Origin: Terracidiphilus sp.
GTDB taxonomy: Bacteria > Acidobacteriota > Terriglobia > Terriglobales > Acidobacteriaceae
Reading direction: 5' to 3'
Length of the DNA stretch: 64,000 nt
Assembly: GCA_035945795.1 (NCBI GenBank)
Contig: DASYZU010000020.1
Location: 7,199-71,198, forward strand
Of this stretch, positions 17,379 to 26,991 are shown piece by piece. How positions within the stretch are numbered: the first letter of the stretch is position 1; the number at the start of each line of letters is the position of its first letter. A program made the position numbers and the translations under genes. Under the pieces are notes generated by a model. The model was not told the DNA's origin. It ran no database searches and saw only the letters and a program-made list of their open reading frames with translations.

Positions 17379-19061
17379 CTACCACTTCAAATGCATCAAT
17401 GATGTGGCCTGCCGTGGCAGACTTGTGGCAATGGTTACCTTGCCGTTGCTTACATCAAGCCATTCAGGAGAGGTGAGAAGCTCAAGTTGCCCCGCTGCCT
17501 TGAGTTGCGCATATTGTTCGGCAGTCGGAGACTGCGGAGAGCCCATCTTCTGCCAAACGCTGTACGAATTGCTGTGTGATTGATCGATCCGGTAGTGCTC
17601 CAACAACACCTTCTTCACGCCGGCCGGAATTCCCGTAACCGTGACCTGCACATCCGCATCGGGAGCAGACATATCGTCGTCATGGTAGTTCCACAGCATG
17701 ACAGCAGCTTCGTGTGCCGCCTTCGTCGCGAAGGCGTCGACGTCCGGCGCCTGGCGCACACCTGCGCTCACAATGTCCTTGACCGGGACCTGGCCGGTAC
17801 TGTTCGTCGCCACGCGATCACCAGACATGAGGCCGGCCATGCGGAAGACGTTCAGAACGGGCTTGTCGATTCCGTTGGTTGCCAGCGTGCGGAATCCCTC
17901 AAAGTAGTCCTTGTTCTCAAATTCAAAGGACCACGAAAGCATCGAGATCAGGTTCACCTTGCTTGCGTCCTCCAGGTCGATCAGTGCCTTCATGGCCGTT
18001 GCCGTATACGAAGCATAAAGCGGCCCGTTCCGGTAGGCGTTTGCAGGATTCACCTTCATCGAACATCCCGCGCAACCCTCGGGATCTGCTTCACTCAGGA
18101 TGATCGGCACATGAATGAACTTCGGATATTTCGCGACAATTCGAAAACCGTTTTCAGCCGACTTCATTTCGTCGGAGAGACCCATGCGCACATGTCCATC
18201 GACAAGAATGGGCCAGCCCTTGGGATGGAACGAGATGAAGTCGAGCGGTACCGGCTTGCCGTCTGCCGCGCTCTTGTCGCTCTGGCAATGCTTCAGGAAG
18301 TCATTCAGAAAGGCGGATGCTTTTTCGTTTGCCGGTCCGGTGCTCGCCGGTCCGCCAACGATCGCGTTGGGCAGCGCGGCGCGGACTCCCGCAACAGCAT
18401 AGTCATAGAGCTTGAAGTACTCGGCCGGGGTTCCGTGCCAGTACATAATGTCCGGCTCGTTCCACACTTCGAAGTACCAGGTGCTCACCTGCTCCCGCCC
18501 GTAGCGCTCGACAAGGTGCTCAGTGTACTTGCGCACCAACTCGCCCCACATTTTGTAGTCCTTGGGCGGATTGTTGACCGATCCTCCCATGGTTGGCCTG
18601 GGATAGTGAAGCTGATACTCGGTGATTCCGGGGACCGTCGCAGCAAGATCCTTGGGCATAAAACCAAGTTCCACCATCGGCCGTACACCGGCGTTCTTGT
18701 ATGCGTCAAAGGTCTGGTCTGTGATGGTGAAGTCATAGACTGGCTTGCCATTCCGGTCGAGGCTGAAAACGTTGGACGAGCTCCACTTCAGCTCCGCAAC
18801 TCCGTTACCCGAAGTGAGAAGATGATGGGCGCGGATGTAGACCGGCACCGGGCTCAGGTCGTGCAACTCCACGAGCAGTTGCTTGCCATATTTCATTGTG
18901 GTGTAGTTTGATTCGTCATAGCCAAACCAGCTGTAGATCGGCTTGTAGACGCCCTGCGGCTTGTCAATATCTACCTGGATAGAGACAGGAGTAGAAGAAG
19001 GAATCTGTGCCGCCGCCTGGATCGCGGCGGCACAGATCAGAATCACAGCAAGCTTACGCAT
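17379..19061 (-). CDS. GH39 glycoside hydrolase (beta-xylosidase / alpha-L-iduronidase family)
   Basis: IRAHHLL, RPMVELGFMP, FEVWNEPD (acid/base), DFISFHPKG, IILSEADP (nucleophile). Signal peptide. Confidence 0.92.
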   Translation of the reverse strand: MRKLAVILICAAAIQAAAQIPSSTPVSIQVDIDKPQGVYKPIYSWFGYDESNYTTMKYGKQLLVELHDLSPVPVYIRAHHLLTSGNGVAELKWSSSNVFSLDRNGKPVYDFTITDQTFDAYKNAGVRPMVELGFMPKDLAATVPGITEYQLHYPRPTMGGSVNNPPKDYKMWGELVRKYTEHLVERYGREQVSTWYFEVWNEPDIMYWHGTPAEYFKLYDYAVAGVRAALPNAIVGGPASTGPANEKASAFLNDFLKHCQSDKSAADGKPVPLDFISFHPKGWPILVDGHVRMGLSDEMKSAENGFRIVAKYPKFIHVPIILSEADPEGCAGCSMKVNPANAYRNGPLYASYTATAMKALIDLEDASKVNLISMLSWSFEFENKDYFEGFRTLATNGIDKPVLNVFRMAGLMSGDRVATNSTGQVPVKDIVSAGVRQAPDVDAFATKAAHEAAVMLWNYHDDDMSAPDADVQVTVTGIPAGVKKVLLEHYRIDQSHSNSYSVWQKMGSPQSPTAEQYAQLKAAGQLELLTSPEWLDVSNGKVTIATSLPRQATSLMHLKW

Positions 19062-19080
19062 GGGTTATTGTCCCTTCCGG

Positions 19081-22000
19081 TTAAAAGTCGTACTTCAGCG
19101 CAAATTGGATATCGCGTGAAGGGACCGAGGTGGAAGTTATCGCGCAGCACGACGATGAAGTAACCGTGGCTCCGGGCGGGTTGAAGCTGGTGGTGTTTGA
19201 AATGTTGAAGAACTCCGCGCGGAAAGACAGCATCGACTCGCCTGGCAGATTGAAGTTCTTGAAGAACGAAGCATCGAACTGCCGGCGCATATCTCCCCGC
19301 AATGTATTTCCGCGCACCGTTCCGTAGGTATACTGCGGCGCCTGGACATAGCGAGTGGAGTCGAACCATTTCTTCAAGGACTTTTGGAAGGTTGTCGAAC
19401 CTCCGGCCGGACTCAGATTGGGACGCTGCCCTCCTACACCGGTATTGGCCACGTCGGAGCCCACCACAGGCGTGTACGGCGTTCCGCTGTGGAGCACGGT
19501 GATGGTTTGCACCTGCCAACCGCCCAGCACTGCATTGGCGACACCGTTGGTTTTAGCCATAAACTGCCTGCCCCGGCCAACTGGAATCATATAGGTTCCA
19601 CTGAAGGCCAGGTTCTGTGGAATGTCGAACGGAGAGTAGGTATGCTCGTAGCCCAGATTTCCTCCCACTTGCGGTGTTTGGCCAAATTGCAGGTACTTTG
19701 ACCATGTATAAGAGACGAGCGCCGATAATCCATTTCCCATCCGATGCTGGAACTTCGATTGCAGGGATTCATACGTGGAGCCCTGATCCTGCGACTCCCA
19801 TGAAATCGGTCCCCAAGGCTGATAAGGCCGTCGCCCCTGGATGGCGCCTGGGCCAGGCGTCGGATCGTTGGCATCGTCTCCGGACTGTAGATGGAGGCCG
19901 TGATTTGCCACATACGCGACTTCAAAGAGAGTTTTGGAAGAAAGCTCGCGCTCCACCGCAAGGCTGTAATGGTCGTCCTCGCCCGCCTGCAGATGAGTAC
20001 GGGTTGGGTTGATTGAAGGGTTCGCTAGCGCCGAGCCAAGCAGCGAGCCATTGAAAAAGTTGGCGAGGGTGCGATTGGGAACGACATTTTGTGTCTGGTT
20101 AACTGTCTCCGCCAACAGGAACGGCAGAATATTTGCGTTGACGCGACCGTCGGTTCCCTCCGGTTCGTAGTACATGCCGAAACCGCCGCGAATCACCGTC
20201 TTGTTGCCAAAGGGCCGCCAGGCAAAACCTATACGCGGGGCAAACTGAAGTTTATCGGTGTAAGTCAGGTTGTAGGGCAGGCCGGCATCGGAGGTGGTCT
20301 GGACATATTGCCCGAAGAACTTCATGGCGTTAGGAGCTGCATACTGGGACGAAGTATTTACCGAACTGGTGTGGCTCGCCACGATGATTGGCTTTGTCTG
20401 CGTGGGGTCAAACGTGCCGAGTTGCCCCAGGTAGCCTTCCATCCAGGGGGAATATTCGTAGCGCAGGCCAATATTGACGGTTAGCCTGCCACTCACCTGT
20501 ATGTCGTCCTGAGCGAAGAACTCCTTGTACCATGCCTGTCCGCCAAAGTTGGCTTTAGGATAGGCACGCGATACGGCGGCGGGATAACCGAGCAGAAAAT
20601 CAGCGAAGGCGTCACCGCCCTTGGTGCTGCCGCCTGGGTTCTGGGTTTCAGCGCCGGTGAAGGTGAAGCTCCCGGCATAGTTCGCGCTGTCGTAGCCAAG
20701 CCACTGGAAGTAGCGGATGAGGACACCAAACTTCAACGACTGGCGACCTTTGAGGATAGTGAAGGTATCAGTCGGCTCAAGAGCTCGACGATCCTGCGAC
20801 TTGGGACGTTGATCGAACGTGGACCCTTGCATGGCTGCGTAGCCGCTAAACGAATAGTCGGGGAATGAGCTTCCTGTGTCGGGTCGCGTCAGCCCGGTGA
20901 ACCCTAGAATACCGTTTGCGGCGTTGAAGTCCGGTCCTTCAAGGAATGCGGCAAGCCGCACATGGCTAGGCAGGCCGTGTATGCGGAAGTCCTGCACTTT
21001 GTTGTTTCCGATATTCGTAATCAGCCCAATAGCAATGTCCTGGCCATTTGAAGTGAGCGCTGCTGTCTTCAACAGAGGCGCAAAATTCGGGTCGGTTTCG
21101 CGATTATTGACATACGCCCAACGCCCAAAGAGATGGTTACGGGAATTGATCTGATGGTCGATGCGAATCGTGAATTGGTCCCAGTCAATGGCCTGCGACG
21201 GCACCGCCTCAAACCTCGTAGCGCTGGCATTCCCGGCTGGATAGTAAGCGAGAATGGCCTTGGCCTGTGCCGAAATGAGTCCGGGGCAGATTACATTCAG
21301 AGCTCCGTTGCAACTGATCTGGTTGCGCGTCGTTACTCCTCCGACCGTAGTTGTTGACTGCGGATCGTAGATTGGATTCAATCCCGCCGCGCTGAAATCG
21401 CCTATTCGCTGGGCACGGGTCGGCACAGTTCCGCTTTCGACCAGCCCTTGCCGGAGTCGCTGTGCTTCGTAATCCACGAAGAAGAATGTTCTGTCCTTGC
21501 CGCTGTACAAATGCCCAATTGTGAGCGGGCCGCCGATATCGCCGCCAAACTGGTTGCGCTTCAAAATGCCTCGGCTCAGCGAGAAGTAGTTGCGGGCATC
21601 CAGTTTCTCGTTGCGGATAAACTCGAACACGCCGCCGTGAATACTGTTCGTGCCCGACTTGGTGGTTGCGTTGAAGCCGGGACCTCCACGGTTGTACTCG
21701 GCGGAATAAGCATTCTGCTGTACGCTAAACTCCTGCAAAGCATCGATCGACGTCTGGATAAACGTTCCCCCCTGATGCTGCTCGCTGACGTCGACGCCGT
21801 CCAGGAGGAACGAGGTGGCGCGTCCGTGAACGCCGCTGATCGTGTTGCCGTTCACGATCTCCGGACGGATCGGCAGGGAGTTGCCGGTAGCCGGCAGCAG
21901 GGCGGCGCCTGGCGTGAGTTCCGCCAACTGGTAGAAACCACGTCCATTCAAGGGTAGGTCAGTGAGTTGCTGATTCGAGACAACAGTACCGATGGTGGCC

Positions 22001-22407
22001 GAATCGGTGGACAGCAGCGGCGATGAGCTGGTGACTTCGATGGTGGTGGTGGTGGCGCCGACCTTCAAGGCAATATCCATGCGAGCGATCTGGCCCACAT
22101 GCACCTCGATATTGCTGGTGGTGGACGTCTGGAAGCCGGGCGCATTAATGCTCAGCTTGTAGACTCCGGCGGCCACCGGGGTGATGACGTAGTCGCCCGT
22201 GGAGTTTGATACGGCTGTCTGAACGATGTTTGTGCCGACGTTCGTGGCCTTGACAGTGGCCTGCGGCACGACTGCTCCCTGCGCATCGGTAACGCGGCCC
22301 ACAAGTCGTCCTGTTTCAACCTGACCGTAGGCGGATAGCGCCGCCACCACGAACAGCCCCAGCGTCACGGCCTTCTGGATTTCCCCAGCAAATTTGAACT
22401 TCCTCAT
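19081..22407 (-). CDS. TonB-dependent receptor, Oar type, with N-terminal carboxypeptidase-regulatory-like domain
   Basis: GRVTDAQGAVVPQATV, DLPLNGR, NATTKSGTNSIHGGVFEFIRN, RNQFGG, FAPRIGFAW, C-terminal RDIQFALKYDF. AGGAGG RBS before ATG 22407; an in-frame upstream ATG exists at 22521. Confidence 0.95.
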   Translation of the reverse strand: MRKFKFAGEIQKAVTLGLFVVAALSAYGQVETGRLVGRVTDAQGAVVPQATVKATNVGTNIVQTAVSNSTGDYVITPVAAGVYKLSINAPGFQTSTTSNIEVHVGQIARMDIALKVGATTTTIEVTSSSPLLSTDSATIGTVVSNQQLTDLPLNGRGFYQLAELTPGAALLPATGNSLPIRPEIVNGNTISGVHGRATSFLLDGVDVSEQHQGGTFIQTSIDALQEFSVQQNAYSAEYNRGGPGFNATTKSGTNSIHGGVFEFIRNEKLDARNYFSLSRGILKRNQFGGDIGGPLTIGHLYSGKDRTFFFVDYEAQRLRQGLVESGTVPTRAQRIGDFSAAGLNPIYDPQSTTTVGGVTTRNQISCNGALNVICPGLISAQAKAILAYYPAGNASATRFEAVPSQAIDWDQFTIRIDHQINSRNHLFGRWAYVNNRETDPNFAPLLKTAALTSNGQDIAIGLITNIGNNKVQDFRIHGLPSHVRLAAFLEGPDFNAANGILGFTGLTRPDTGSSFPDYSFSGYAAMQGSTFDQRPKSQDRRALEPTDTFTILKGRQSLKFGVLIRYFQWLGYDSANYAGSFTFTGAETQNPGGSTKGGDAFADFLLGYPAAVSRAYPKANFGGQAWYKEFFAQDDIQVSGRLTVNIGLRYEYSPWMEGYLGQLGTFDPTQTKPIIVASHTSSVNTSSQYAAPNAMKFFGQYVQTTSDAGLPYNLTYTDKLQFAPRIGFAWRPFGNKTVIRGGFGMYYEPEGTDGRVNANILPFLLAETVNQTQNVVPNRTLANFFNGSLLGSALANPSINPTRTHLQAGEDDHYSLAVERELSSKTLFEVAYVANHGLHLQSGDDANDPTPGPGAIQGRRPYQPWGPISWESQDQGSTYESLQSKFQHRMGNGLSALVSYTWSKYLQFGQTPQVGGNLGYEHTYSPFDIPQNLAFSGTYMIPVGRGRQFMAKTNGVANAVLGGWQVQTITVLHSGTPYTPVVGSDVANTGVGGQRPNLSPAGGSTTFQKSLKKWFDSTRYVQAPQYTYGTVRGNTLRGDMRRQFDASFFKNFNLPGESMLSFRAEFFNISNTTSFNPPGATVTSSSCCAITSTSVPSRDIQFALKYDF

Positions 22408-22769
22408 TCCGCACCTCCTGTTTTTGGTGAATCGTCTGAGTTTCCTTCTCGTTCTTTCTTTGCACCCGGCATTCTGCGGATTCTGCTGACCTGGCCGGCC
22501 TAAGAAGAAACCTGGTGTCATGTCAACCTCCCTGGCAGATACCTCAACATTTTTGAGAGCTCTGTTTTGAGGAGAGGGGCCTTAGTAAACCTTTTCTGGA
22601 ATTTCACTCAACCATTCTTCTCCTTTTTCGCTGCGGAACATGGCCGGCCCACAGCAGCTGATTTGAGTTATCCATGGGGAGGACGGAGCGGTTAGCTCTG
22701 CACCTCCCGGTTGCGGGATATTCCGGCGGGGCAACTTGCGTAATGCGTTTATTTGCCGATCTGTCATAC

Positions 22770-23005
22770 TCACTCCGCCGCCGGGGATTTTGAGACGGAT
22801 AAAAACGGAAAAGCCTTGTCTTTTCCAGGAGCCTTCGGTGCCATCTCCTCGATAAAAGTCACAATCGCTGAGTGATCCAAATCGCGCTGCCGCGATTCAT
22901 CAGCGCGATCAGCATCTGCTGCATAATACTGGTCATGGGCAGCACAACCTTCTTCGATATGGGCTTTCCCATAATTCCGAGTCCAATGAATCCTATTTTT
23001 GACAC
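22770..23005 (-). pseudogene. Internally deleted, frameshifted remnant of a GarR/GlxR-like beta-hydroxyacid dehydrogenase
   Basis: AAGGAG RBS plus GTG 23005 give MSKIGFIGLGIMGKPISK (Rossmann GxGxxG start), fused directly to VVLPMTSIMQQMLIALMNRG. A shifted frame then gives DLDHSAIVTFIEEMA, the GarR-type C-terminus. Confidence 0.85.
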
Positions 23006-23037
23006 TTGCTTCTCCTTATCCATTCAGCGCTGCGCTG

Positions 23038-23817
23038 TCAGCGCGTCGCAGCGCTGAACCAACCCAGACCGTCAGTGGTTTTGCCTTCCGGGCGATACTC
23101 GCAGCCAAGCCATCCTTGATAGCCGATCTCATCGAGCACACGGTAAAGATACTCATAGCGAACTTCGCCTGTATCCGGCTCGTGACGCTCGGGGCACCCA
23201 GCAATCTGAATGTGGCCGCACTCGGATGAGTAGCGCTTGAGGCTGGTGGCCAGATCTCCCTCCATCACCTGCATGTGATAGAGATCCATCTGCATCTTCA
23301 GGTTGTGCGCGCCGACAGCTTCGCAGATCGCGTGAGAGTCTTTTTGGGTAGAAACAATAAAGCCAGGCATGTCCCGCGTGTTGATTGCTTCCAGAAGCAG
23401 CGTGATGTTCTTCGCAGCGAGCTTTTCCGCCGCGTACCTCAGATTCGCGATGAGCGTGGCGCGGCAGGCGGCAGTGTCCGCTCCAGCCGGAGCGATGCCG
23501 GCCATGGCATGAAGCCTGGGCGTTCCGAGATGTTCTGCATAGAGGAGAGCCTTATCCACGCCCTCGCGGAATTCCTGTTCGCGCCCAGGAAGTCCGGTGA
23601 TGCCGCGCTCGCCCGCGCCCCAGTTGCCGGCCGGCATATTGAACAGGACAACCTGAGTGCCGGCAGCCTTGGCCTTGGCCGCTACTTCTTCAGGCGAGTA
23701 TTCGTACGGAAAGAGAAACTCCACCGCATTAAATCCTGCCGCTGCTGCCGCTTTGAAACGGTCGAGGAAAGGCACCTCATTGAACATCATTGATAGGTTT
23801 GCTGCAAATCGAGGCAT
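23038..23817 (-). CDS. hyi: Hydroxypyruvate isomerase family, most like 2-oxo-tetronate isomerase OtnI/YgbM
   Basis: MPRFAANLSMMF, AVEFLFPY, GERGITGLPGRE, EAINTRDMPG, DLYHMQVMEGD, HIQIAG.PERHEP, GYQGWLGCEY. hyi versus otnI cannot be resolved by eye. Confidence 0.92.
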   Translation of the reverse strand: MPRFAANLSMMFNEVPFLDRFKAAAAAGFNAVEFLFPYEYSPEEVAAKAKAAGTQVVLFNMPAGNWGAGERGITGLPGREQEFREGVDKALLYAEHLGTPRLHAMAGIAPAGADTAACRATLIANLRYAAEKLAAKNITLLLEAINTRDMPGFIVSTQKDSHAICEAVGAHNLKMQMDLYHMQVMEGDLATSLKRYSSECGHIQIAGCPERHEPDTGEVRYEYLYRVLDEIGYQGWLGCEYRPEGKTTDGLGWFSAATR

Positions 23818-25103
23818 TCTACTTCCTCTCCCTTCTTTGTGAAGTGCGCCATAATGTCAGCGCCCTGAGTAACTACTCCGATGCGCGCCTTGCTGCCGTA
23901 CTTCTTGAGAGCTGCCGCCAGAGCTTCGTTAAAATCGGTTGTGGACGTGATTCCGATCTTGCGCGCCTCGACGTCCGAAACCCCGTCCGACACAAGCGCG
24001 ACATTGATACGTTTCCGTGTCTGGTCGAAGGCAAGATATGTTGCCGCGGCGACTTCGTCCTCTACCTTTCCTTCGTTCACCAACGCCATTACCTGGTCGC
24101 CGGGCGTGGTGCCGAAGTCGACAAGCTGTGTGTGATCCGGCGCAATGCCTTCCGGCGCGGGAATCATGAGGATGAGCGTCCCTCCATCCTTGACCAGCAT
24201 TCCGCAGTTGTTCACCGGCTTGAAGCCTTGCCACAGATCGCGATCGGCAGGATGCGAGCTGGCGACGACGATGTCCGCCTTCTCTTCGAGTTCAATGGTG
24301 TAGATGGGACGCGCAATATCAACGCCTGCGCGATGCGCCTTCACCACGTCGCCTGCCACGATGCACGCGACCGCGCCCGCGGCATCGAGCACAACATTCA
24401 CAATGAACTTGAGGCCGGACTGGATGGCGATGGCCTCCATCTCCTTGCGGACCTCGTTGTCCACGTTGCCCAGAATCTCGTACACGCGCGGGCCGGCAAT
24501 CAGATGCGTTCTTCCCGTGGTGACGGCGCTGGTAACGCCGGGCTGCACCATCTTGGCTCCGCCTGCATAGCCCGCATACATGTGGGGGATGATGTTGCCG
24601 ATCGCAATCGTGATGGGACTCTCAAGATAACGGCGGCTCACATGGATCGGAATTCCGAGCGGCGTCACGCCCAGATCGACAAAGTCCTTGGGATCGTGAG
24701 AAAGGTTGGTTACCGGAATGCGATGCAGAACAGCTTCGCTCACGCGCTCGGCGATTTCCTTATGCTCCATTCTGCGATGAGTTCCGAGGGCAATCATTGC
24801 CGATATCTCGCTGTCGGGAACTCCGGCCGCGTTCAACTCATCGAGGAGAATGGGCAGAATGAGTTTTTGCGGAGTGCTGCGCGTACTGTCATCCACCAGC
24901 AGCAGCGTGCGTTTGCCGTGACGGGCAACCAACTCTGCAAGCGTCGGGGAGCCGATGGGATTCCGGATTGCGTGGCGTACCGCTGCTTCGATGTCTGGAA
25001 TCGGAGGCGCGTGGCGCGGCCCTTCGATCCATGCGAGATTCTCCTCGGGAATCTCGACGATCCGTTCTTCGTGCCCGTAGGGAAGTGTAACGCGCTTCAT
25101 CAT
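23787..25103 (-). CDS. LarA-superfamily nickel-pincer-dependent alpha-hydroxyacid racemase/epimerase
   Basis: LPYG start, LLVDDSTRSTP, IALGTHR, IIPHMYAGYAGGAKMVQPG, KFIVNVVLD, DIVVASSHPADRDLWQGFK, GGTLILMIPAPEG. Substrate unknown, so the larA symbol is not assigned. Confidence 0.9.
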   Translation of the reverse strand: MMKRVTLPYGHEERIVEIPEENLAWIEGPRHAPPIPDIEAAVRHAIRNPIGSPTLAELVARHGKRTLLLVDDSTRSTPQKLILPILLDELNAAGVPDSEISAMIALGTHRRMEHKEIAERVSEAVLHRIPVTNLSHDPKDFVDLGVTPLGIPIHVSRRYLESPITIAIGNIIPHMYAGYAGGAKMVQPGVTSAVTTGRTHLIAGPRVYEILGNVDNEVRKEMEAIAIQSGLKFIVNVVLDAAGAVACIVAGDVVKAHRAGVDIARPIYTIELEEKADIVVASSHPADRDLWQGFKPVNNCGMLVKDGGTLILMIPAPEGIAPDHTQLVDFGTTPGDQVMALVNEGKVEDEVAAATYLAFDQTRKRINVALVSDGVSDVEARKIGITSTTDFNEALAAALKKYGSKARIGVVTQGADIMAHFTKKGEEVECLDLQQTYQ

Positions 25104-26101
25104 TTGAAGACCTCACTGGTTTCATGGGCTGCGGTTGCCTGTTTACGCGCAATGGCGCGCTGCGCGGCGGCCACGACCGCCTCCACGCTCATGCCGTACT
25201 TCTTGAGCAGATCGGAGTACGGCCCCGATTCAGTAAAGGTGTCATTCACGCCGACGCGCTCGAGCGGAACAGGCGAGAACTGCGACATACACTCGGCCAC
25301 TGCTCCGCCCAAGCCACCGATAATGGAATGCTCTTCGGCCGTAATAATCGCGCCGGTCTCTTCTGCGCAGCGCACGACCAGGTCGGTGTCCAGAGGCTTG
25401 ATGGTGTGCATCTCGACGACGCGGAGACGGATTCCCTCATTTGCGAGCTGCCGTGCCGCCTCGATGGAGCGAGCAACCATCACGCCGCAGGCAATCACCG
25501 TAGCGTCTTCGCCGTCCATCAGCGTGATTCCTTTTCCGATCACCGGCTCGTAGGCATCGGTGAAGATCTCCGGCAGTTCATTTCGGCAGAGCCGGAAGTA
25601 GACCGGCCCGTTCCACGCAACGATCTGCGGCAGCAGTTTCTTGACCGCGAGTGAATCAGCAGGGACAACGACCGTCATCCTGGGAAGACTGCGCATGATC
25701 GCGAGATCGGACACAGTCTGGTGCGTCGGACCATCGAACGAGTCCGAGAGCCCCGCATAGGCCCCCGCCAGCTTGACGTTGGCACCGCCATAGCAGAGAT
25801 GCGTGCGCACCATCTCCAATGCGCGCGTAGCGAACAAGAAGGCGAATGTATTGGCGATGGGAATCTTGCCGCTATTGGCCAGGCCAACTGCTACATCGAC
25901 AAGCGCCGGCTCAGCAATACCTACATTGATGAAGCGCTTGGGATAGGCGGCTTCAAACATGTAGCTGAAATCGGAACTCTGCACATCCGCGCTGAGCACA
26001 ACAACATCGTTGCGCTGAGCACCCATCTGCACCAGTGCTTCCCCGTAGGCCTTCCGAACCGGCGTGGGGCTGCCGAAAGGATTTCGAATTACGCTCTCCA
26101 T
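25100..26101 (-). CDS. Transketolase, C-terminal (pyrimidine-binding plus C-terminal) subunit
   Basis: RKAYGEAL, VVLSADV, RFINVGIAE, FAFLFATRALEMVR, DGPTHQ, GPVYFRL, TIKPLD, AEEHSIIGGLG. ATGA overlap with the LarA gene. Confidence 0.93.
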   Translation of the reverse strand: MESVIRNPFGSPTPVRKAYGEALVQMGAQRNDVVVLSADVQSSDFSYMFEAAYPKRFINVGIAEPALVDVAVGLANSGKIPIANTFAFLFATRALEMVRTHLCYGGANVKLAGAYAGLSDSFDGPTHQTVSDLAIMRSLPRMTVVVPADSLAVKKLLPQIVAWNGPVYFRLCRNELPEIFTDAYEPVIGKGITLMDGEDATVIACGVMVARSIEAARQLANEGIRLRVVEMHTIKPLDTDLVVRCAEETGAIITAEEHSIIGGLGGAVAECMSQFSPVPLERVGVNDTFTESGPYSDLLKKYGMSVEAVVAAAQRAIARKQATAAHETSEVFK

Positions 26102-26991
26102 TCGCTTATCCTTTCTTCCAACTCAGCCAGTGCAATCTGGAACTGTTTGTCGTCCGGAATGCCCCCGTGCCAGGCGGGCTGATTCTCCATGAAGCTCACG
26201 CCTTTACCCTTGGTGGTGCGGGCAATAATGACCACCGGACGACCGTGAATTTCGTTTGCACGATCCAGCGCATTCAGAATCTCTGCTACGTTGTGGCCGT
26301 GAATCTCGATGACATGCCAGTTGAACGAAGCCCACTTGTCGGCGATGGGTTCCGTGGGCATCACGTGGTGCGTGGTTCCCGTTTGCTGCACGCCGTTGTA
26401 GTCCACAATGGCTGTCAGGTTATCGAGGCCGAACTTGGCGCCAACCATCAGGCCTTCCCATATGACACCGCTGTTCAATTCGCCATCGCCCAGGATGGCG
26501 TAGATGTTGCGGTTGGACCCGTCCATGCGCGCAGACAACGCCATACCAGACGCGATGGCCACGCCATGTCCCAGCGGTCCCGCAGCCACTTCCACGCCCG
26601 GCGTCTTCTGCGGTTCAGGGTGGCCCTGCAGGTGGCTGTTCAGTGCGCGGAAGGTGGGCAGTTCCTCAACCGGAAAGAACCCGCGATGCGCAAGGCACGT
26701 GTAGAGCATGGCGCAGGCATGTCCCTTGGAAAAAACGAGGCGGTCTCGATCTTCCCATTTGGGATTCGTGGGATCGATCCTGAGCTGATGAAAGTAGAGG
26801 CAGGTGAGGATCTCCGCAATGGAGAACGCTCCGCCAATGTGTCCGGACTTGCGCCCGTAGACCATGCGCAGCACCTGGGCGCGGTACTCGTAAGCGCGAC
26901 GCGAGAGATCGGCAATCATCTCAGCCGTGTGCAGCGCGCCATACGGATAGACGCGGGCCGGCGTTGCCTGATCGGTTAAAGACGCGATCAT
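26089..26991 (-). CDS. Transketolase, N-terminal ThDP-binding subunit
   Basis: SGHIGG, RDRLVFSKGHA, LQGHP, GPLGHG, ThDP motif GDGE...IVDYN, TTKGKGVSFMEN...WHG. Confidence 0.93.
   Translation of the reverse strand: MIASLTDQATPARVYPYGALHTAEMIADLSRRAYEYRAQVLRMVYGRKSGHIGGAFSIAEILTCLYFHQLRIDPTNPKWEDRDRLVFSKGHACAMLYTCLAHRGFFPVEELPTFRALNSHLQGHPEPQKTPGVEVAAGPLGHGVAIASGMALSARMDGSNRNIYAILGDGELNSGVIWEGLMVGAKFGLDNLTAIVDYNGVQQTGTTHHVMPTEPIADKWASFNWHVIEIHGHNVAEILNALDRANEIHGRPVVIIARTTKGKGVSFMENQPAWHGGIPDDKQFQIALAELEERISEWRA

Noticed and set aside
15518-17476. 652-aa plus-strand ORF opposite GH3, and similar long antisense ORFs (3135-4604, 17580-18911, 23790-25553, 51832-52869)
   Set aside because: They are shadow frames of well-supported genes in high-GC DNA, with no recognisable motifs or RBS.
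22582-22773. 63-aa ORF overlapping the stop of the garR remnant's shifted frame (GTGA)
   Set aside because: No recognisable homology and no clear RBS; the overlap is with a frameshift-derived tail, so it is probably fortuitous.
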